Below, one piece after another: positions 37,261 to 47,749 of a stretch of DNA of 64,000 nucleotides. The DNA is taken from positions 36,465-100,464 of the forward strand of contig CBDCWT010000007.1 in NCBI GenBank assembly GCA_965223305.1. The letters run 5' to 3'. Source of the DNA: Pirellulaceae bacterium. Its GTDB lineage: Bacteria; Planctomycetota; Planctomycetia; Pirellulales; Pirellulaceae. The notes beneath the pieces are model-generated. The model was not told the DNA's origin and did not search any database. It worked only from the letters and a program-made list of their open reading frames with translations. Made by a program: the position numbers and the translations under genes. The stretch's first letter is position 1. Each line of letters begins with the position of its first letter.

Positions 37261-38898
37261 ATGCCACCGCCCCGCCGCTATTTCGCTCGTTCCACTGCCT
37301 GCGACGTGCTTGCCGGAGTCATCGCCGTGGTGTCAATCGGCTGCGCGCCTAGCTTCTTCACCGGCGATCGCTCCAGCCAGCTGGACTGGCCCCAACTAGG
37401 CGGGTCGCCGCGGCGGAGTCACGTGGCGGCCGGCGTCGAGGTTCCCGCGGACTGGAACCTGGAAACCGGGCGGAACGTGCGGTGGAGTTTCCCCTTGGGA
37501 CCAGGGACCGCGGCGGCACCGACAGTCGCCGGGGGCCGTGTATTCATCGGTTCGAGGAGTGGGAGCGATCTTCCACAGGCTCGCGAGAGCGGCGATTCCG
37601 GCTGCCTGCTGTGCCTGGACGAGGAGTCCGGCGAGTTGCTCTGGCAGCACAAGACGCCTTCGCTCACCGACGCGTCGCCCCGACTGCTGGGAATGGGGGG
37701 ATCGCCTGCGGTGGACGGCGAGCGGCTCTATGTCATTACTCACCGCGCAGAGGTCTGCTGCTTGGACGTACTGGGTTTTCACGACGGCGAGAATGACGGC
37801 CCCTACCAGCAAGAGGAACGCGGGGGAGCGAATGATGCGGACATCGTGTGGTTGGTGGACTTGGCCGAGTGGCTCGAGGTTGTGCCCGATCGCGCCGACC
37901 AGACATCCGTGGCGGTTGTCGAAGGTGTGGTGTTGGCAAACACGCATCACGCGCTACGCAATGTAGACGGTTCATCTGAAGAAAAAGCACCCAGCTTTAT
38001 CGCCCTCGACAAGCGAACGGGGCAGCTGCTGTGGACGCATACGTTGGCGGGGACACCCGTGACCGATCAGCAGCTGGCGTCGCCGGCTTTCTCGAGTGGG
38101 GGCCAACGTGACCAAGCGATCTTTGCAGGTGCCGACGGCTGGATCTACAGTTTCGAGTTGCAGGCCGATAGCCAGCAGGATGCCGAGCCTTTGTGGCAGT
38201 TCGACTGCGGTCCCAAGCTGACCGACTGGATACTGGGAACGTTGACCTCGAATATCGAGAACCCGCACCAAAGTCGTAACCTCGTGCTCGCGACTCCGAC
38301 GGTTTCGAACGGGCGGGTCTACGTGGTCGGCATGCAAAAGACGCGTGCCGATCAAGGGCATGGAATCGTGTGGTGTGTCGACGCCAGCCACAACGGGGAC
38401 GTCAGCCCCACACTGGCAGCCACGATGTCCGGCAAGTCGGTTCCCCTCAGTCGCGTGCTCGCAGTGCCCCACGACGCGGGTGAGCGAGAAATGGAGAACG
38501 CCAACTCGGCGGCCGTCTGGTCCTACACTGAATTCGGCGAGTCCTACGACGGGCGACTCGAGCGGCCGATCGCCAGCGCCGCCGTCGACGGCACATTTCT
38601 CTTTATCGCCGACGTGATGGGGGCGGCACACTGCCTCGATGCCAAAACGGGGCTTTGGTGGTGGACGCACGAGTTGACGGCGCCGACCTACTCAACGCCA
38701 CTCGTCGCAGACGGCAAGGTCTACTTTGCAGACGAGAGCGGAACTGTCACCGTGCTGGCGCTTGCTCGTCAGAAACAGCTGCTGGCCCAGCACCAACTGG
38801 GCGACGCCATTTACTCCTCACCAGTGGCAGCAAACCACACGTTGTTCCTCACGCGGCAGGACCGTTTGTTCGCCATGCAGGAGTCGGCCGGAGAGTGA
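37261..38898 (+). CDS. PQQ-repeat beta-propeller lipoprotein (BamB-like fold)
   Basis: Lipobox SIGCAP. Multiple W/G-containing PQQ-like blades (GGRVFIGS, GELLWQH, GQLLWTH, GLWWWTH, GKVYFAD). Confidence 0.7.
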   Translation: MPPPRRYFARSTACDVLAGVIAVVSIGCAPSFFTGDRSSQLDWPQLGGSPRRSHVAAGVEVPADWNLETGRNVRWSFPLGPGTAAAPTVAGGRVFIGSRSGSDLPQARESGDSGCLLCLDEESGELLWQHKTPSLTDASPRLLGMGGSPAVDGERLYVITHRAEVCCLDVLGFHDGENDGPYQQEERGGANDADIVWLVDLAEWLEVVPDRADQTSVAVVEGVVLANTHHALRNVDGSSEEKAPSFIALDKRTGQLLWTHTLAGTPVTDQQLASPAFSSGGQRDQAIFAGADGWIYSFELQADSQQDAEPLWQFDCGPKLTDWILGTLTSNIENPHQSRNLVLATPTVSNGRVYVVGMQKTRADQGHGIVWCVDASHNGDVSPTLAATMSGKSVPLSRVLAVPHDAGEREMENANSAAVWSYTEFGESYDGRLERPIASAAVDGTFLFIADVMGAAHCLDAKTGLWWWTHELTAPTYSTPLVADGKVYFADESGTVTVLALARQKQLLAQHQLGDAIYSSPVAANHTLFLTRQDRLFAMQESAGE

Positions 38899-38958
38899 GT
38901 CGTGGCTTCAGCTTGAGGACGCGCAACAGGCTTGGGGCGCGCAACGCGTTGTAGCAGC

Positions 38959-39642
38959 TCAAGCAGGCTCGGCCGACGACCGAGGCGATTGCCAGACCGC
39001 TCGGGGAACGCCGATGTCGACGACATAGACCGTGCCTAGGTAAGCGGCGGCCGGGCGGAATCGAAAGCCAGCTTTGGCGGCAACAAAGGTACAGGTCGCC
39101 TCTGCGCGTACCGTCTGCTGGGCAGCCACTCCGGTGTCGCAGTCAAGCCCGCTAGGTGTGTCCACGGCGAGTGTGCGAGTGCTGCTGGCGTTGAGCAGCT
39201 GGATGGCCTCGGCGATCGAGCCTCTCGGCTCCCCGCTGGCGCCGGTGCCCAGTAGTGCGTCGACTGCCCAGGATGCTTCGCCGAGCGCCCGAGCATGTTC
39301 TTCCGGCTGCTGTTCGTCCCACAGCAAGATCGGCAATGCGGCACGTTGGGCAATCTCGTAGTTGGCGGCGGCATCACCCGACAACGCGGCGGGTTCGCAG
39401 CACAGGACCAGACGCGGTTCGTAGCCGCGGATGTGGAGATGACGAGCGATCACCAGGCCGTCTCCGCCGTTGTTACCTTTGCCACAGTAGATGAAGACCG
39501 GACCATCGATGCCCAGCTGGCAGAGGACGTCCGTGCAGCCGCGCCCGGCATTTTCCATCAAGACCAAGCCAGTCATGCCGTAGTCACGCACGGCGCGTTC
39601 ATCGATCAGACGTGCCTCGTGCCGCGTCAAGTACTGCGTCAT
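38959..39642 (-). CDS. nnrE: NAD(P)H-hydrate epimerase (YjeF N-terminal domain)
   Basis: GLVLMENAGRG...IYCGKGNNGGDGLVIARHL signature. Start placed at MTQYLTRHEA. Confidence 0.7.
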   Translation of the reverse strand: MTQYLTRHEARLIDERAVRDYGMTGLVLMENAGRGCTDVLCQLGIDGPVFIYCGKGNNGGDGLVIARHLHIRGYEPRLVLCCEPAALSGDAAANYEIAQRAALPILLWDEQQPEEHARALGEASWAVDALLGTGASGEPRGSIAEAIQLLNASSTRTLAVDTPSGLDCDTGVAAQQTVRAEATCTFVAAKAGFRFRPAAAYLGTVYVVDIGVPRAVWQSPRSSAEPA

Positions 39643-39757
39643 CGGGGGGATCCGTGAAGAAGTGTGCTTAGCTAGCGGGCAATCTCCGCCTACGAAACGC
39701 GTATCGCAACTCGGAGCATGAAAGTATACTAGACAGACAGTAACCCAGGAGTGAGCG

Positions 39758-39994
39758 ATGCCCATTTACGAATACACCTGTTTAGGTTGCCGCCAAGACT
39801 TTGAGGCGCTGGTTCGCAACGGTGAGACGACCAAGTGCCCTGATTGTGGGAGTGGTTCTTTGGAAAAGCGGTTCAGCGTCGTTGCCGCTCACAGCAGTAG
39901 CGGCCGCCAACTGCCGCTGTGCGAATCCACGCCGCCGGGCGGTGGCTGCGGGTTGCCCCAATGTGGCGGCGGACAGTGCGGTTTTGAGGGATAG
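39758..39994 (+). CDS. FmdB-family zinc-ribbon protein
   Basis: MPIYEYTCLGCRQDFE...KCPDCGS, the canonical FmdB CxxC...CxxC N-terminus. Confidence 0.65.
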   Translation: MPIYEYTCLGCRQDFEALVRNGETTKCPDCGSGSLEKRFSVVAAHSSSGRQLPLCESTPPGGGCGLPQCGGGQCGFEG

Positions 39995-40132
39995 TCTGTT
40001 AGGAGGGTGCCAAAAAGCCAAACGGCGAGGTGACAGAATCACCTCGCCGTTTAAGAGCCAATCGCTCCCAAAACAGAAAAGAAAGCCTACTCGAAGAAGC
40101 GCTCGCCCTCCGCCGCCCTCCGGCCCGCCGCA

Positions 40133-41461
40133 CTACGGGATCACGAGGATTCCTCCTGTGATCGCTCCCGCTTGCAGCAGTGCGCCACGAATGCTCAGCG
40201 GGATGGGAGGCATCAACCATGGAGCGCAGTTGCCTGGTCGGTAGTATCCCAAGGCATAGTGGCACTCGTTGGGAGGGTGAATTCCCATGTTGTAGGGCAG
40301 CGCCGCGATGTTGAGGAAGAAGTGGGCTCCCGACAAGACCGGCTGGACCAGCGGCCCGGCTGTATGTCCGTACCGCTCCAGCTGGACGTTCTCGAAGTAG
40401 AGCGGTTTGTGACACAGGGCCGACGCCTTCCATGTCAACGTTGTGGCGATCCAGTTGCGGCCGGCGTATTCGTCCCGCTCTAACCGGCACTCGGTGGGGA
40501 TGCTCCACCATGCAGTTACGAAACAGCTGTCGTCGTCGCTCAACGCACCGAAGGGGATACGGACTGTATCACCATTTGCCTGCTCAACTACTACCTGGCC
40601 ATCTCGAAAGTCGACCAACCGCCCGTCGGCTAAGGTCTCACCTCGGGTATTGCGCCAGATCCGAGACGGCGATTCGGCCAGGCTCAGCTCCAACTCTTGC
40701 TCGTAGGTCCCGTTGTCCTCGTCCTCAGTCGCCAGCTTGGCCAGGGTGAGCTGGGGAGTGATATCCACCGAGATATCCCGAATCGATTTGTAAACCCCTT
40801 CCCGTGCGATGCGGCAAGCGTCGTCCTCGGCGCAACAGTCGCGTTCGTTGTAAATGCGGTTGCAGGGTTCAGCGGGGTCCTGGTCTGTGTCCTCTGACGA
40901 CGACGGTGGTGGTGGGAGCGGTGCCGGTTCGGCCCCTGGCTGCTCTCTCGGCGAGTTGTCGGCTGGCGGCGCTGGGGCGGAGCGAAGTGGATCCTCGATT
41001 TCCTCGAACGGCTGGCCGGGACCATTGTCACCTGTTGGCTGCGATGTGATCGGATGCAGGGTGGGCGATGGCAACTCGACTTGCCGTTGGCCAGTCGAGC
41101 GGTCCCCGAAGGGATCGTCGAACGGGTCGAGCGGCTCGAGCTGGCTCGTGAGGCGAACTGTGGGTCCGCCGGGCACCGCGATTGACGGGATGCGGACGAC
41201 GCGTGATAGCGGGGGCGCGGTTTGGTTGGTACGACCTGCCCTGGCTTGAAACGACCGGGTTCTTGTCGTTTTTGTCTTGGCCGCTGTCTGCTTGGAATCT
41301 GCCCAACGCGCGGTGACAGCCGAGTTTGATTTGAAGGGAGCGATGGGGCGAGCGGTGGCCGCGGAGAGTATTCTGGGCGGTGAACGATCACCGGCCTGTA
41401 GGAGCGACGAGGTGAGGACCACTGCCAGGGCTAGAGTCGGTCCCGTCGCCGCGGAACGCAT
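40133..41461 (-). CDS. Secreted proline-rich hypothetical protein
   Basis: Signal peptide (MRSAATGPTLALAVVLTSSLLQA). Long Pro/Ser/Thr-rich low-complexity middle. Conserved C-terminal domain of unknown function. Confidence 0.45.
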   Translation of the reverse strand: MRSAATGPTLALAVVLTSSLLQAGDRSPPRILSAATARPIAPFKSNSAVTARWADSKQTAAKTKTTRTRSFQARAGRTNQTAPPLSRVVRIPSIAVPGGPTVRLTSQLEPLDPFDDPFGDRSTGQRQVELPSPTLHPITSQPTGDNGPGQPFEEIEDPLRSAPAPPADNSPREQPGAEPAPLPPPPSSSEDTDQDPAEPCNRIYNERDCCAEDDACRIAREGVYKSIRDISVDITPQLTLAKLATEDEDNGTYEQELELSLAESPSRIWRNTRGETLADGRLVDFRDGQVVVEQANGDTVRIPFGALSDDDSCFVTAWWSIPTECRLERDEYAGRNWIATTLTWKASALCHKPLYFENVQLERYGHTAGPLVQPVLSGAHFFLNIAALPYNMGIHPPNECHYALGYYRPGNCAPWLMPPIPLSIRGALLQAGAITGGILVIP

Positions 41462-41468
41462 CCGGTGG

Positions 41469-42962
41469 CTAGTTGACTTCTCCCTTGGAGTGTTGTTCTG
41501 GACTGTAGTTGGGTGCTTCCTGCGTGATCGCGATGTCATGAGGATGACTCTCTCTTGCACTCGCTGCTGAAACTTGGATAAACCGCGCCTCCGTACGCAA
41601 TTCATCGATGGTTCGGGCCCCGCAATAGCCCATCCCCGCCCGAAGGCCGCCGATCAGCTGATACACGAAATCACTGAGGGGTCCCTTGAACGGGACGCGC
41701 CCTTCGACTCCCTCCGGTACCAGTTTTCCGGTGCCTTCGGCTTCCACCGTCTGCCGATAACGCTCGCTCGAGCCCTTCATCATCGCCCCCGACGATCCCA
41801 TCCCTCGATACGCCTTGAAAGTGCGTCCCTGATAGAGGATCGTGCGCCCGGGACTCTCCGCGAGACCTGCGAACAGACCTCCGATCATCACCGCGTGGGC
41901 GCCAGAGGCAATGGCTTTGGTTACGTCGCCGGAATAGCGAATTCCTCCGTCAGCTATGAGTGTTGTGCCTGTTTCTTTCGCCGCCTGAGCGGCCTCGTAG
42001 ATGGCTGATACCTGTGGGACACCGACACCCGATATGACCCGGGTCGTGCAAATAGACCCGGGGCCGATGCCGACCTTGACCGCGTCCGCACCTGCTCGGA
42101 TCAGGTCTTTGCAGCCCTGTCGGGTGGCGATGTTGCCCGCCACCAAGTCGATGTCCCACCGACTCTTGATCTCCTTGACTGTCTCTAGAACATTGGCCGA
42201 ATGCCCATGAGCACTGTCGACCACCAGCACGTCCACTCCGCTCTCGATCAGTCCTGCGACTCGATCGTAGTCGTGGACCCCGACGGCGGCCCCAACTCGC
42301 AACCTACCTTGCCCATCTTTACAGGCGTTGGGGAACCGTTTGATCATGTCGATGTCTTTGATCGTGATCAGGCCGGTCAGAACATATGATTCGTCAACCA
42401 GCAAAAGTTTCTCCACCTTTTTAGCCGTTAAAATCTTCTCAGCTTCCTCAAGCGTTACTTTCCCCGTAGCCGTTACCAAGCCTTCTTTCGTCATTACTTC
42501 CGCAATCGGGAGATCGCTCTGCTCCAGAAATCGCAGATCCCGGCGGGTCAGGATACCGGCCAACCGCCCATCCGGGTGGGTAATCGGGATGCCCGAGACG
42601 TTGTGCTGATCCATCATGGCCAGGGCCTTGGAGACGGGTGCATCGGGCGAGAGGGTGACAGGGTCGACGATAATTCCGTTGGCACTTCGTTTGACCTTGT
42701 AGACCTCCTCGGTCTGTGACTCGATGGACATGTTTTTATGGATCACACCCAACCCGCCGGTTTTCGCCAGCGCGATGGCGAGGTTACTCTCGGTGACGGT
42801 ATCCATCGGCGAAGAGAGCAGCGGGAGGTTCAATCGGATGCGGTCGGTCAGTCGCGACCGGACGTCGACCGTGGACGGCACGACATCACTGTAGGCTGGC
42901 TCGATTAAGACATCATCGAAGGTGATGGCCGTATACCGCAGCTTATCTTCCATCGTGTCCAC
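41469..42962 (-). CDS. guaB: Inosine-5'-monophosphate dehydrogenase
   Basis: Catalytic loop [11 protein letters not shown]. Tandem CBS domains. IMPDH-family length. Confidence 0.9.
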   Translation of the reverse strand: MDTMEDKLRYTAITFDDVLIEPAYSDVVPSTVDVRSRLTDRIRLNLPLLSSPMDTVTESNLAIALAKTGGLGVIHKNMSIESQTEEVYKVKRSANGIIVDPVTLSPDAPVSKALAMMDQHNVSGIPITHPDGRLAGILTRRDLRFLEQSDLPIAEVMTKEGLVTATGKVTLEEAEKILTAKKVEKLLLVDESYVLTGLITIKDIDMIKRFPNACKDGQGRLRVGAAVGVHDYDRVAGLIESGVDVLVVDSAHGHSANVLETVKEIKSRWDIDLVAGNIATRQGCKDLIRAGADAVKVGIGPGSICTTRVISGVGVPQVSAIYEAAQAAKETGTTLIADGGIRYSGDVTKAIASGAHAVMIGGLFAGLAESPGRTILYQGRTFKAYRGMGSSGAMMKGSSERYRQTVEAEGTGKLVPEGVEGRVPFKGPLSDFVYQLIGGLRAGMGYCGARTIDELRTEARFIQVSAASARESHPHDIAITQEAPNYSPEQHSKGEVN

Positions 42963-43094
42963 TCCTCTTTCCGAGAGCGAGGTAGCTTGAAAAAAGGGTA
43001 ACCAGGTATTATGTGGCCGGCCGTGTGCCTTGGCAATCTCACCTTACTTGGCCGGCAGGGCTTACCGGTCGCCGCTCGCGAGAGCCGTAGGCCG

Positions 43095-43400
43095 GAACCA
43101 GCGGCGGGAGAGGTTTCTGATTACTCGCCTTGAGTGACCGCCGCGCCGTTCCGGCGACAGCGAGGTGTTGCGTTCCGACGCGGTGCATCAGCCGGCGCTC
43201 GCCGGAACGGCGCGGCGGAGAAATCCCACGCTCACGGAGAGCTTCCGGCGCCGCTTGTTCCGGCCTACTTCTTGGAGCTGCGTGCTCACAGTCGGAACCC
43301 GAAGCGTCAGCGAGGGGTGTTAGTGCAACGCAAGTTATTCCCTCGCTGACGCTTCGGGTTCCGATTGAGCCAAAGGCGCACTAGCACGCGGCAAACTGCA
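43095..43400. repeat. Repeat family C unit (ccggaacaagcggcg / cgccgcgctgttccggc motifs), directly followed by a family A hairpin unit
   Basis: ccgcgccgttccggcgac...gccggaacggcgcggcgg...cgccgcttgttccggcctac, then cggaacccgaagcgtcagcgaggg...tccctcgctgacgcttcgggttccg. Confidence 0.8.
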
Positions 43401-43425
43401 AAGAGCGCAATATTAAAACAGCCGC

Positions 43426-44304
43426 TCACGAGTCGTGGGGCTCACGCGGCGGCAACTGGGCAATTGTGCTGGACACGAAACGAGCGAGGCGATCTGAAGC
43501 CTTGATGGCTTGCTCTTTGAGTTTCCACATGTCCTTGATGCTGGACGGCCGGTTGAGTGCTGCGGCCGTTGCGGCTCCCAACTTAGAAGCCAGCGATTTC
43601 TGGTCCAGCAGCCGTTCGATCTCCCGCGGCAGTTCGTCGTCGAGTGCATCGCTGATGATGCGGACCGACAAGAACTTCACTTTCTTATCCCGGCATACGT
43701 CGGCGACGGCAAGCGTTTCCATGTCGCAGGCGACGGCGCCGTGGGCGGCGGCGAGTTGTCGTTTTTCGGCAGTGGTACGGATCAGCTGGTCGACAGTCAA
43801 CAGCCTTCCGCTGTGCAGGCCTGGGGTGGCGCGGACTGTCTCGGGGTCGAGATTCAAGCCGGTCTTTAGCTGGGAACCGTGGATGTCAATCACCTCGGTT
43901 GCCATGAGGATATGCCCCAGCCGCAGGTCCTCGTGCAGGGATCCTGCGAAGCCCGCGGAGATGACCCACGCCGGCCGATGGAGATCGATCGCATCAGCAG
44001 TCGCGTGGGCAGCCGGTTGCGCGCCTACGCCGGATTCAACAACTGCTACGCGGCGGTTAGCGAGAAACCCCGCATATTCGACGAAGGAAGCGCAGCGCGA
44101 AGACACACATTGAGTCAACAGATCGACGACGCCACCCGACTCGGCGCCAAGTGCAAACACACATACTACCTCGGCCGGAGGTGGCGCTTGCCATTCCTCT
44201 TCACCCTCGGCTCCGGCAGGCTGAGCGGGATCGCTGAAGGTCTGGCGGATCTGCTGATGCATCGTCTGTCGAAACCAGTTGCTCAGGAGGTAACGCAGCA
44301 TCAT
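43426..44304 (-). CDS. hpnG: Hopanoid-associated phosphorylase, PNP/MTA-nucleosidase family (HpnG-like)
   Basis: PNP_UDP_1-like fold motifs ([29 protein letters not shown]). Start placed at the ATG that overlaps the hpnH stop in an ATGA arrangement. Clustered with hpnH and shc. Confidence 0.6.
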   Translation of the reverse strand: MMLRYLLSNWFRQTMHQQIRQTFSDPAQPAGAEGEEEWQAPPPAEVVCVFALGAESGGVVDLLTQCVSSRCASFVEYAGFLANRRVAVVESGVGAQPAAHATADAIDLHRPAWVISAGFAGSLHEDLRLGHILMATEVIDIHGSQLKTGLNLDPETVRATPGLHSGRLLTVDQLIRTTAEKRQLAAAHGAVACDMETLAVADVCRDKKVKFLSVRIISDALDDELPREIERLLDQKSLASKLGAATAAALNRPSSIKDMWKLKEQAIKASDRLARFVSSTIAQLPPREPHDS

Positions 44305-45320
44305 GAGTTCCAGCGAAGCCTCCATCCGACGGTTTTCCAAAGTCCTCTCAAGCTGCCGAAGGTGGCAGCAACGGCACTCGGTTCGAAGCCGCAATGGACG
44401 AGACAGTCACGGCACTTGGGATTGCGACTGTGGTGTCCGTAGCGCGACCAATCGGTGGTCTCCATCAGTTCCTGGAAAGTCTCGCAGTGCCCTTCGTCGA
44501 CCAAGTAGCACGGCTTCTGCCAACCCAAGACATTGAAAGTAGGATTGCCCCACGGTGTGCAATCCAGCTCGTAGTTTCCTTTTAGGAACTCGAGAAAAAT
44601 CGGTGTCTGGTTGAACCTCCAGCGTCGCTTAAGCGGATTGAGGGTGCTGCGGAACAGCTCGCGTGTATCTTCGCGTGACAAGAAATGCCGCTGATCCGGC
44701 GCCTTGGCGTAGGCGTATCCGGGCGAAACCGTCATACCCTCGACACCCAGCTCCATCAGTTCATCGAAAAACCGTCGCAGCAACGCCGGCTCGGCACCTC
44801 GAAATACGGTCGTATTAGTGGTTACTCGGAATCCGCGTTGTCTTGCCTTACGGATCGCCTGTACGGCCGTATCATACACGCCTGGCCGGCCGACGGCGCG
44901 ATCGTGCAGCTGGCGGGGGCCGTCCAGGTGAACCGAAAAAGCCAAGTACTTGGAAACCGAGAAACGCGGCAAGGCGCTCTCCAGCAGGATGGCGTTGGTA
45001 CAGAGGTAGACAAACTTCTTGCGGGCCACAAGCCCCGCCACAATCTGTTCGATCTGCGGATGCAGCAGCGGCTCGCCGCCCGGAATCGACACCACGGGCG
45101 CGCCGCATTCCTCAACCGCCTGGAAACACTCCTCCGGACTGAGCTGCCGCCGAAGCACCTCACCGGGATGCTGAATCTTGCCACAGCCGCTGCAGGCCAG
45201 GTTGCATCGCAACAACGGCTCCAGCATCAGAACCAACGGGTATCGACGGACGCCACGAAGCTTGTGGCTCAGCACGTATCTGGCGACCGTCCAGATTTGG
45301 GAAGCAGGTACGTGGGGCAT
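44301..45320 (-). CDS. hpnH: Radical SAM adenosylhopane synthase HpnH
   Basis: CNLACSGC radical-SAM cluster motif. HpnH-length protein immediately downstream of shc. Confidence 0.8.
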   Translation of the reverse strand: MPHVPASQIWTVARYVLSHKLRGVRRYPLVLMLEPLLRCNLACSGCGKIQHPGEVLRRQLSPEECFQAVEECGAPVVSIPGGEPLLHPQIEQIVAGLVARKKFVYLCTNAILLESALPRFSVSKYLAFSVHLDGPRQLHDRAVGRPGVYDTAVQAIRKARQRGFRVTTNTTVFRGAEPALLRRFFDELMELGVEGMTVSPGYAYAKAPDQRHFLSREDTRELFRSTLNPLKRRWRFNQTPIFLEFLKGNYELDCTPWGNPTFNVLGWQKPCYLVDEGHCETFQELMETTDWSRYGHHSRNPKCRDCLVHCGFEPSAVAATFGSLRGLWKTVGWRLRWNS

Positions 45321-45354
45321 GAGTGACCGCCTCGGGCGGAGTTAGGTGTTGCAG

Positions 45355-47352
45355 CTACGGCCGGCTAGCGAATTTGGCGAGGGCCAGCAACGGAAAATAG
45401 AGCGGATACATGTGATATCGCAGATAGAAGACGAGTGGAAAACCGGTTCCAGTGAACTCCGGTTCGTGCCAAGTTCCGTCTGACTGCTGGGTGGCCAGCA
45501 AGTGACCGATGCCGCGTCGAGCGGCGGGCAGCGCCGCACCGCCCGCTGCCAGCAGCCCCAACACGGCCCACGCCGTTTGGGACGGAGTTGGCCTTCCACG
45601 GCCCCGTTGAGCGGGATCGGAGTAGCTTTCCGGCGATTCTCCCCAACCACCACCCGGTTGCTGATGGTCAACCAGCCAGCTGATGGCGTTGCGGACGATC
45701 GGGTCATCCGCAGGGACCTCGGCCGACGCGAGCCCGGTCAACACCTGCCAGGTGCCGTAGATGTGATTAACGCCCCAGCGACCAAACCAACTGCCGGTAG
45801 GTTCTTGCGTAGCGCGCAGGAAGTCGATGCCGCGGTCGATGACCGGATCTCCCCGCCGCAACCCGAACGGTACGAGTGCTTCGATCACTCGCGCCGTGAT
45901 GTCAGGCGTGCTGGGGTCGATCATGGCGTTGTGATCTGCAAATGGAACATGACAGAGGAACTCGTAGTCGTTATCGCGGTCAAAGGCTCCCCACCCACCA
46001 TCTTTGTTTTGCATCGCGAGCACCCAGTCGACTCCGCGCCGGCTGGTGGCGGAGATCTGTTCTTCGACCTGCTTGGGCAGACCTCCCGCCGACAAAGCCG
46101 CCCGCAGGGCCATCAGGACCATCACCGTATCGTCCACGTCGGGATAGAATGCGTTGCGGTGCTCGAAAAACCATCCTGACGCTTCCGCATCAGTAGCGAT
46201 AGACCAATCGCCGTAGCGGCGCGTTTCTTTGGACAGCAGCCAGCGGCAGGCTTTGTCGATTGCCGGCTGGATCGTCTCACTGGTCGCTTGTGGATCGGTT
46301 GCCGAGAGAGCCCTGACAGTGAGTGCGGTATCCCATACGGGCGACTTGCAAGGTTGCAGGCGAACGGTCCCCGCTTGCTCGATGATCAGTGCGTCGAGCT
46401 GACGGTGGCACTCCTGCAGTTGCGGACTCTCGTGTGTGTAGCCAAGGCATCGGAGTGCGACGATACTCCAAACGATGGGGGGGAAGATAGCCCCCAGACC
46501 GTCGCTGTCCTCAAACCGTTCAAGCATCCACTGGCGCGCTGCCGCCAACGCCTTCTGCCGCAGCGGCCGAACTTTCCAACGCTCGCAGTGTTTAAGCGCC
46601 GAGTCGACAGAGCGAAAGAACATCTCCCACATCGGGACCCGGATTCGCTCAGAAAGAGCGACCTGCTGCGCGGACGATGGTCGCGGACACCGTAGAGGAG
46701 GCCATTCCGCGGGTGGTTGGAGAAACAGCTCAGTGATGTTCCGCTCTGCAGGCAGGACGCGGATCGGTTGGAACGCCCAGATTACCGACAACGGGACCAG
46801 GATCGTGCGGGACCAGGCACTGACTCTATAGATGTTCACCGGCGCCCAACGCGGGAGCAAGATCATCTCGGGTGGCACGGCCGGACAATGGTCGTAAGAG
46901 AGCTGGCCTAGCAGCGCTAGATAGAAACGCGTGAAACTATTGATCTTGTCGGCGCCTCCACTGGCGCGAATCGCATCCCGAGCTCGTCTCATCGGCTCTG
47001 CCACCCGTGAGTGCCCGGTCAGTTTCAAGGCGAGATAGGCCTTGACGCTAGCGCTTGGCTCGAGCGGCCCGCCGGGGTACAGAGACCAGCCTCCCGAAGG
47101 CAGTTGCTGCTGCAGCAGGTACCGGGCCGCCTGCCTTACCACGTCGCTCTGCTCGCGGCCCAGCCAAGCTTGCAGCAGGATGTACTCGCTTTCGAGTATC
47201 GTGTCGCCTTGCAGTTCACCGCACCAGAATCCTGCCTCGTCCTGTTGGGCGACCAGCCACTGGGCAGCCGACTGAATCGCGGTCTCGAGCTGGCCCGCTG
47301 CAACTTCTAAACCGCATTGCGCTGGCTGTTCCCCTCGCGAAATCGAGCACAT
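45355..47352 (-). CDS. shc: Squalene-hopene cyclase
   Basis: DVDDTV (DxDDTA) catalytic motif. Multiple QW repeats. 665 aa. Confidence 0.9.
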   Translation of the reverse strand: MCSISRGEQPAQCGLEVAAGQLETAIQSAAQWLVAQQDEAGFWCGELQGDTILESEYILLQAWLGREQSDVVRQAARYLLQQQLPSGGWSLYPGGPLEPSASVKAYLALKLTGHSRVAEPMRRARDAIRASGGADKINSFTRFYLALLGQLSYDHCPAVPPEMILLPRWAPVNIYRVSAWSRTILVPLSVIWAFQPIRVLPAERNITELFLQPPAEWPPLRCPRPSSAQQVALSERIRVPMWEMFFRSVDSALKHCERWKVRPLRQKALAAARQWMLERFEDSDGLGAIFPPIVWSIVALRCLGYTHESPQLQECHRQLDALIIEQAGTVRLQPCKSPVWDTALTVRALSATDPQATSETIQPAIDKACRWLLSKETRRYGDWSIATDAEASGWFFEHRNAFYPDVDDTVMVLMALRAALSAGGLPKQVEEQISATSRRGVDWVLAMQNKDGGWGAFDRDNDYEFLCHVPFADHNAMIDPSTPDITARVIEALVPFGLRRGDPVIDRGIDFLRATQEPTGSWFGRWGVNHIYGTWQVLTGLASAEVPADDPIVRNAISWLVDHQQPGGGWGESPESYSDPAQRGRGRPTPSQTAWAVLGLLAAGGAALPAARRGIGHLLATQQSDGTWHEPEFTGTGFPLVFYLRYHMYPLYFPLLALAKFASRP

Positions 47353-47496
47353 CCTTTACTCTCTCCTAATCCTTGCTGGTTTTTCCTGTCTTCTGCCTTT
47401 CTCGATTTACAGGATCAACAGGATGGCCCGGGGCCACGACACAAGATCAGCCGCTGGGCGTTAGCCCACGGTTTCAACCTAACCGGCACTCGATGT

Positions 47497-47740
47497 GTTT
47501 CGGCTCGGCAGGAGCCTCGCCCTCCCGAACGTGACGGATAACCTCAGACGCCTGCTCCCTACCTCCTGCTCCTGCTTCCTGCTCCTGCTCCTGCTCCCGA
47601 CCCCCCGGCTCGGCAGGAGCCTCGCCCTCCCGAGCGTGACGGATAACCTCAGACGCCTGCTCCCTACCTCCTGCTCCTGCTTCCTGCTTCCTGCTCCCGA
47701 CCCCCGGCTCGGCAGGAACCTCGCCCTCCCGCGCCCTTAA
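47497..47740. repeat. Tandem repeat of about 100 bp in 2.2 copies, with an embedded (ctcctg)n hexanucleotide microsatellite, in the shc upstream region
   Basis: ctcggcaggagcctcgccctcccga(a/g)cgtgacggataacctcagacgcctgctccctacctcctgctcctgcttcctgct... occurs at 47502, 47599 and 47708. The copy number of ctcctg differs between units. A short family B fragment lies at 47445-47480. Confidence 0.85.
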
Positions 47741-47749
47741 CGAATATCC

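Noticed and set aside
40684-41391. Minus-strand 235-aa ORF in an alternative frame within the 40133-41461 gene.
   Set aside because: An out-of-frame overlap within the Pro-rich region. It is an extreme Arg/Ser/Pro composition artefact.
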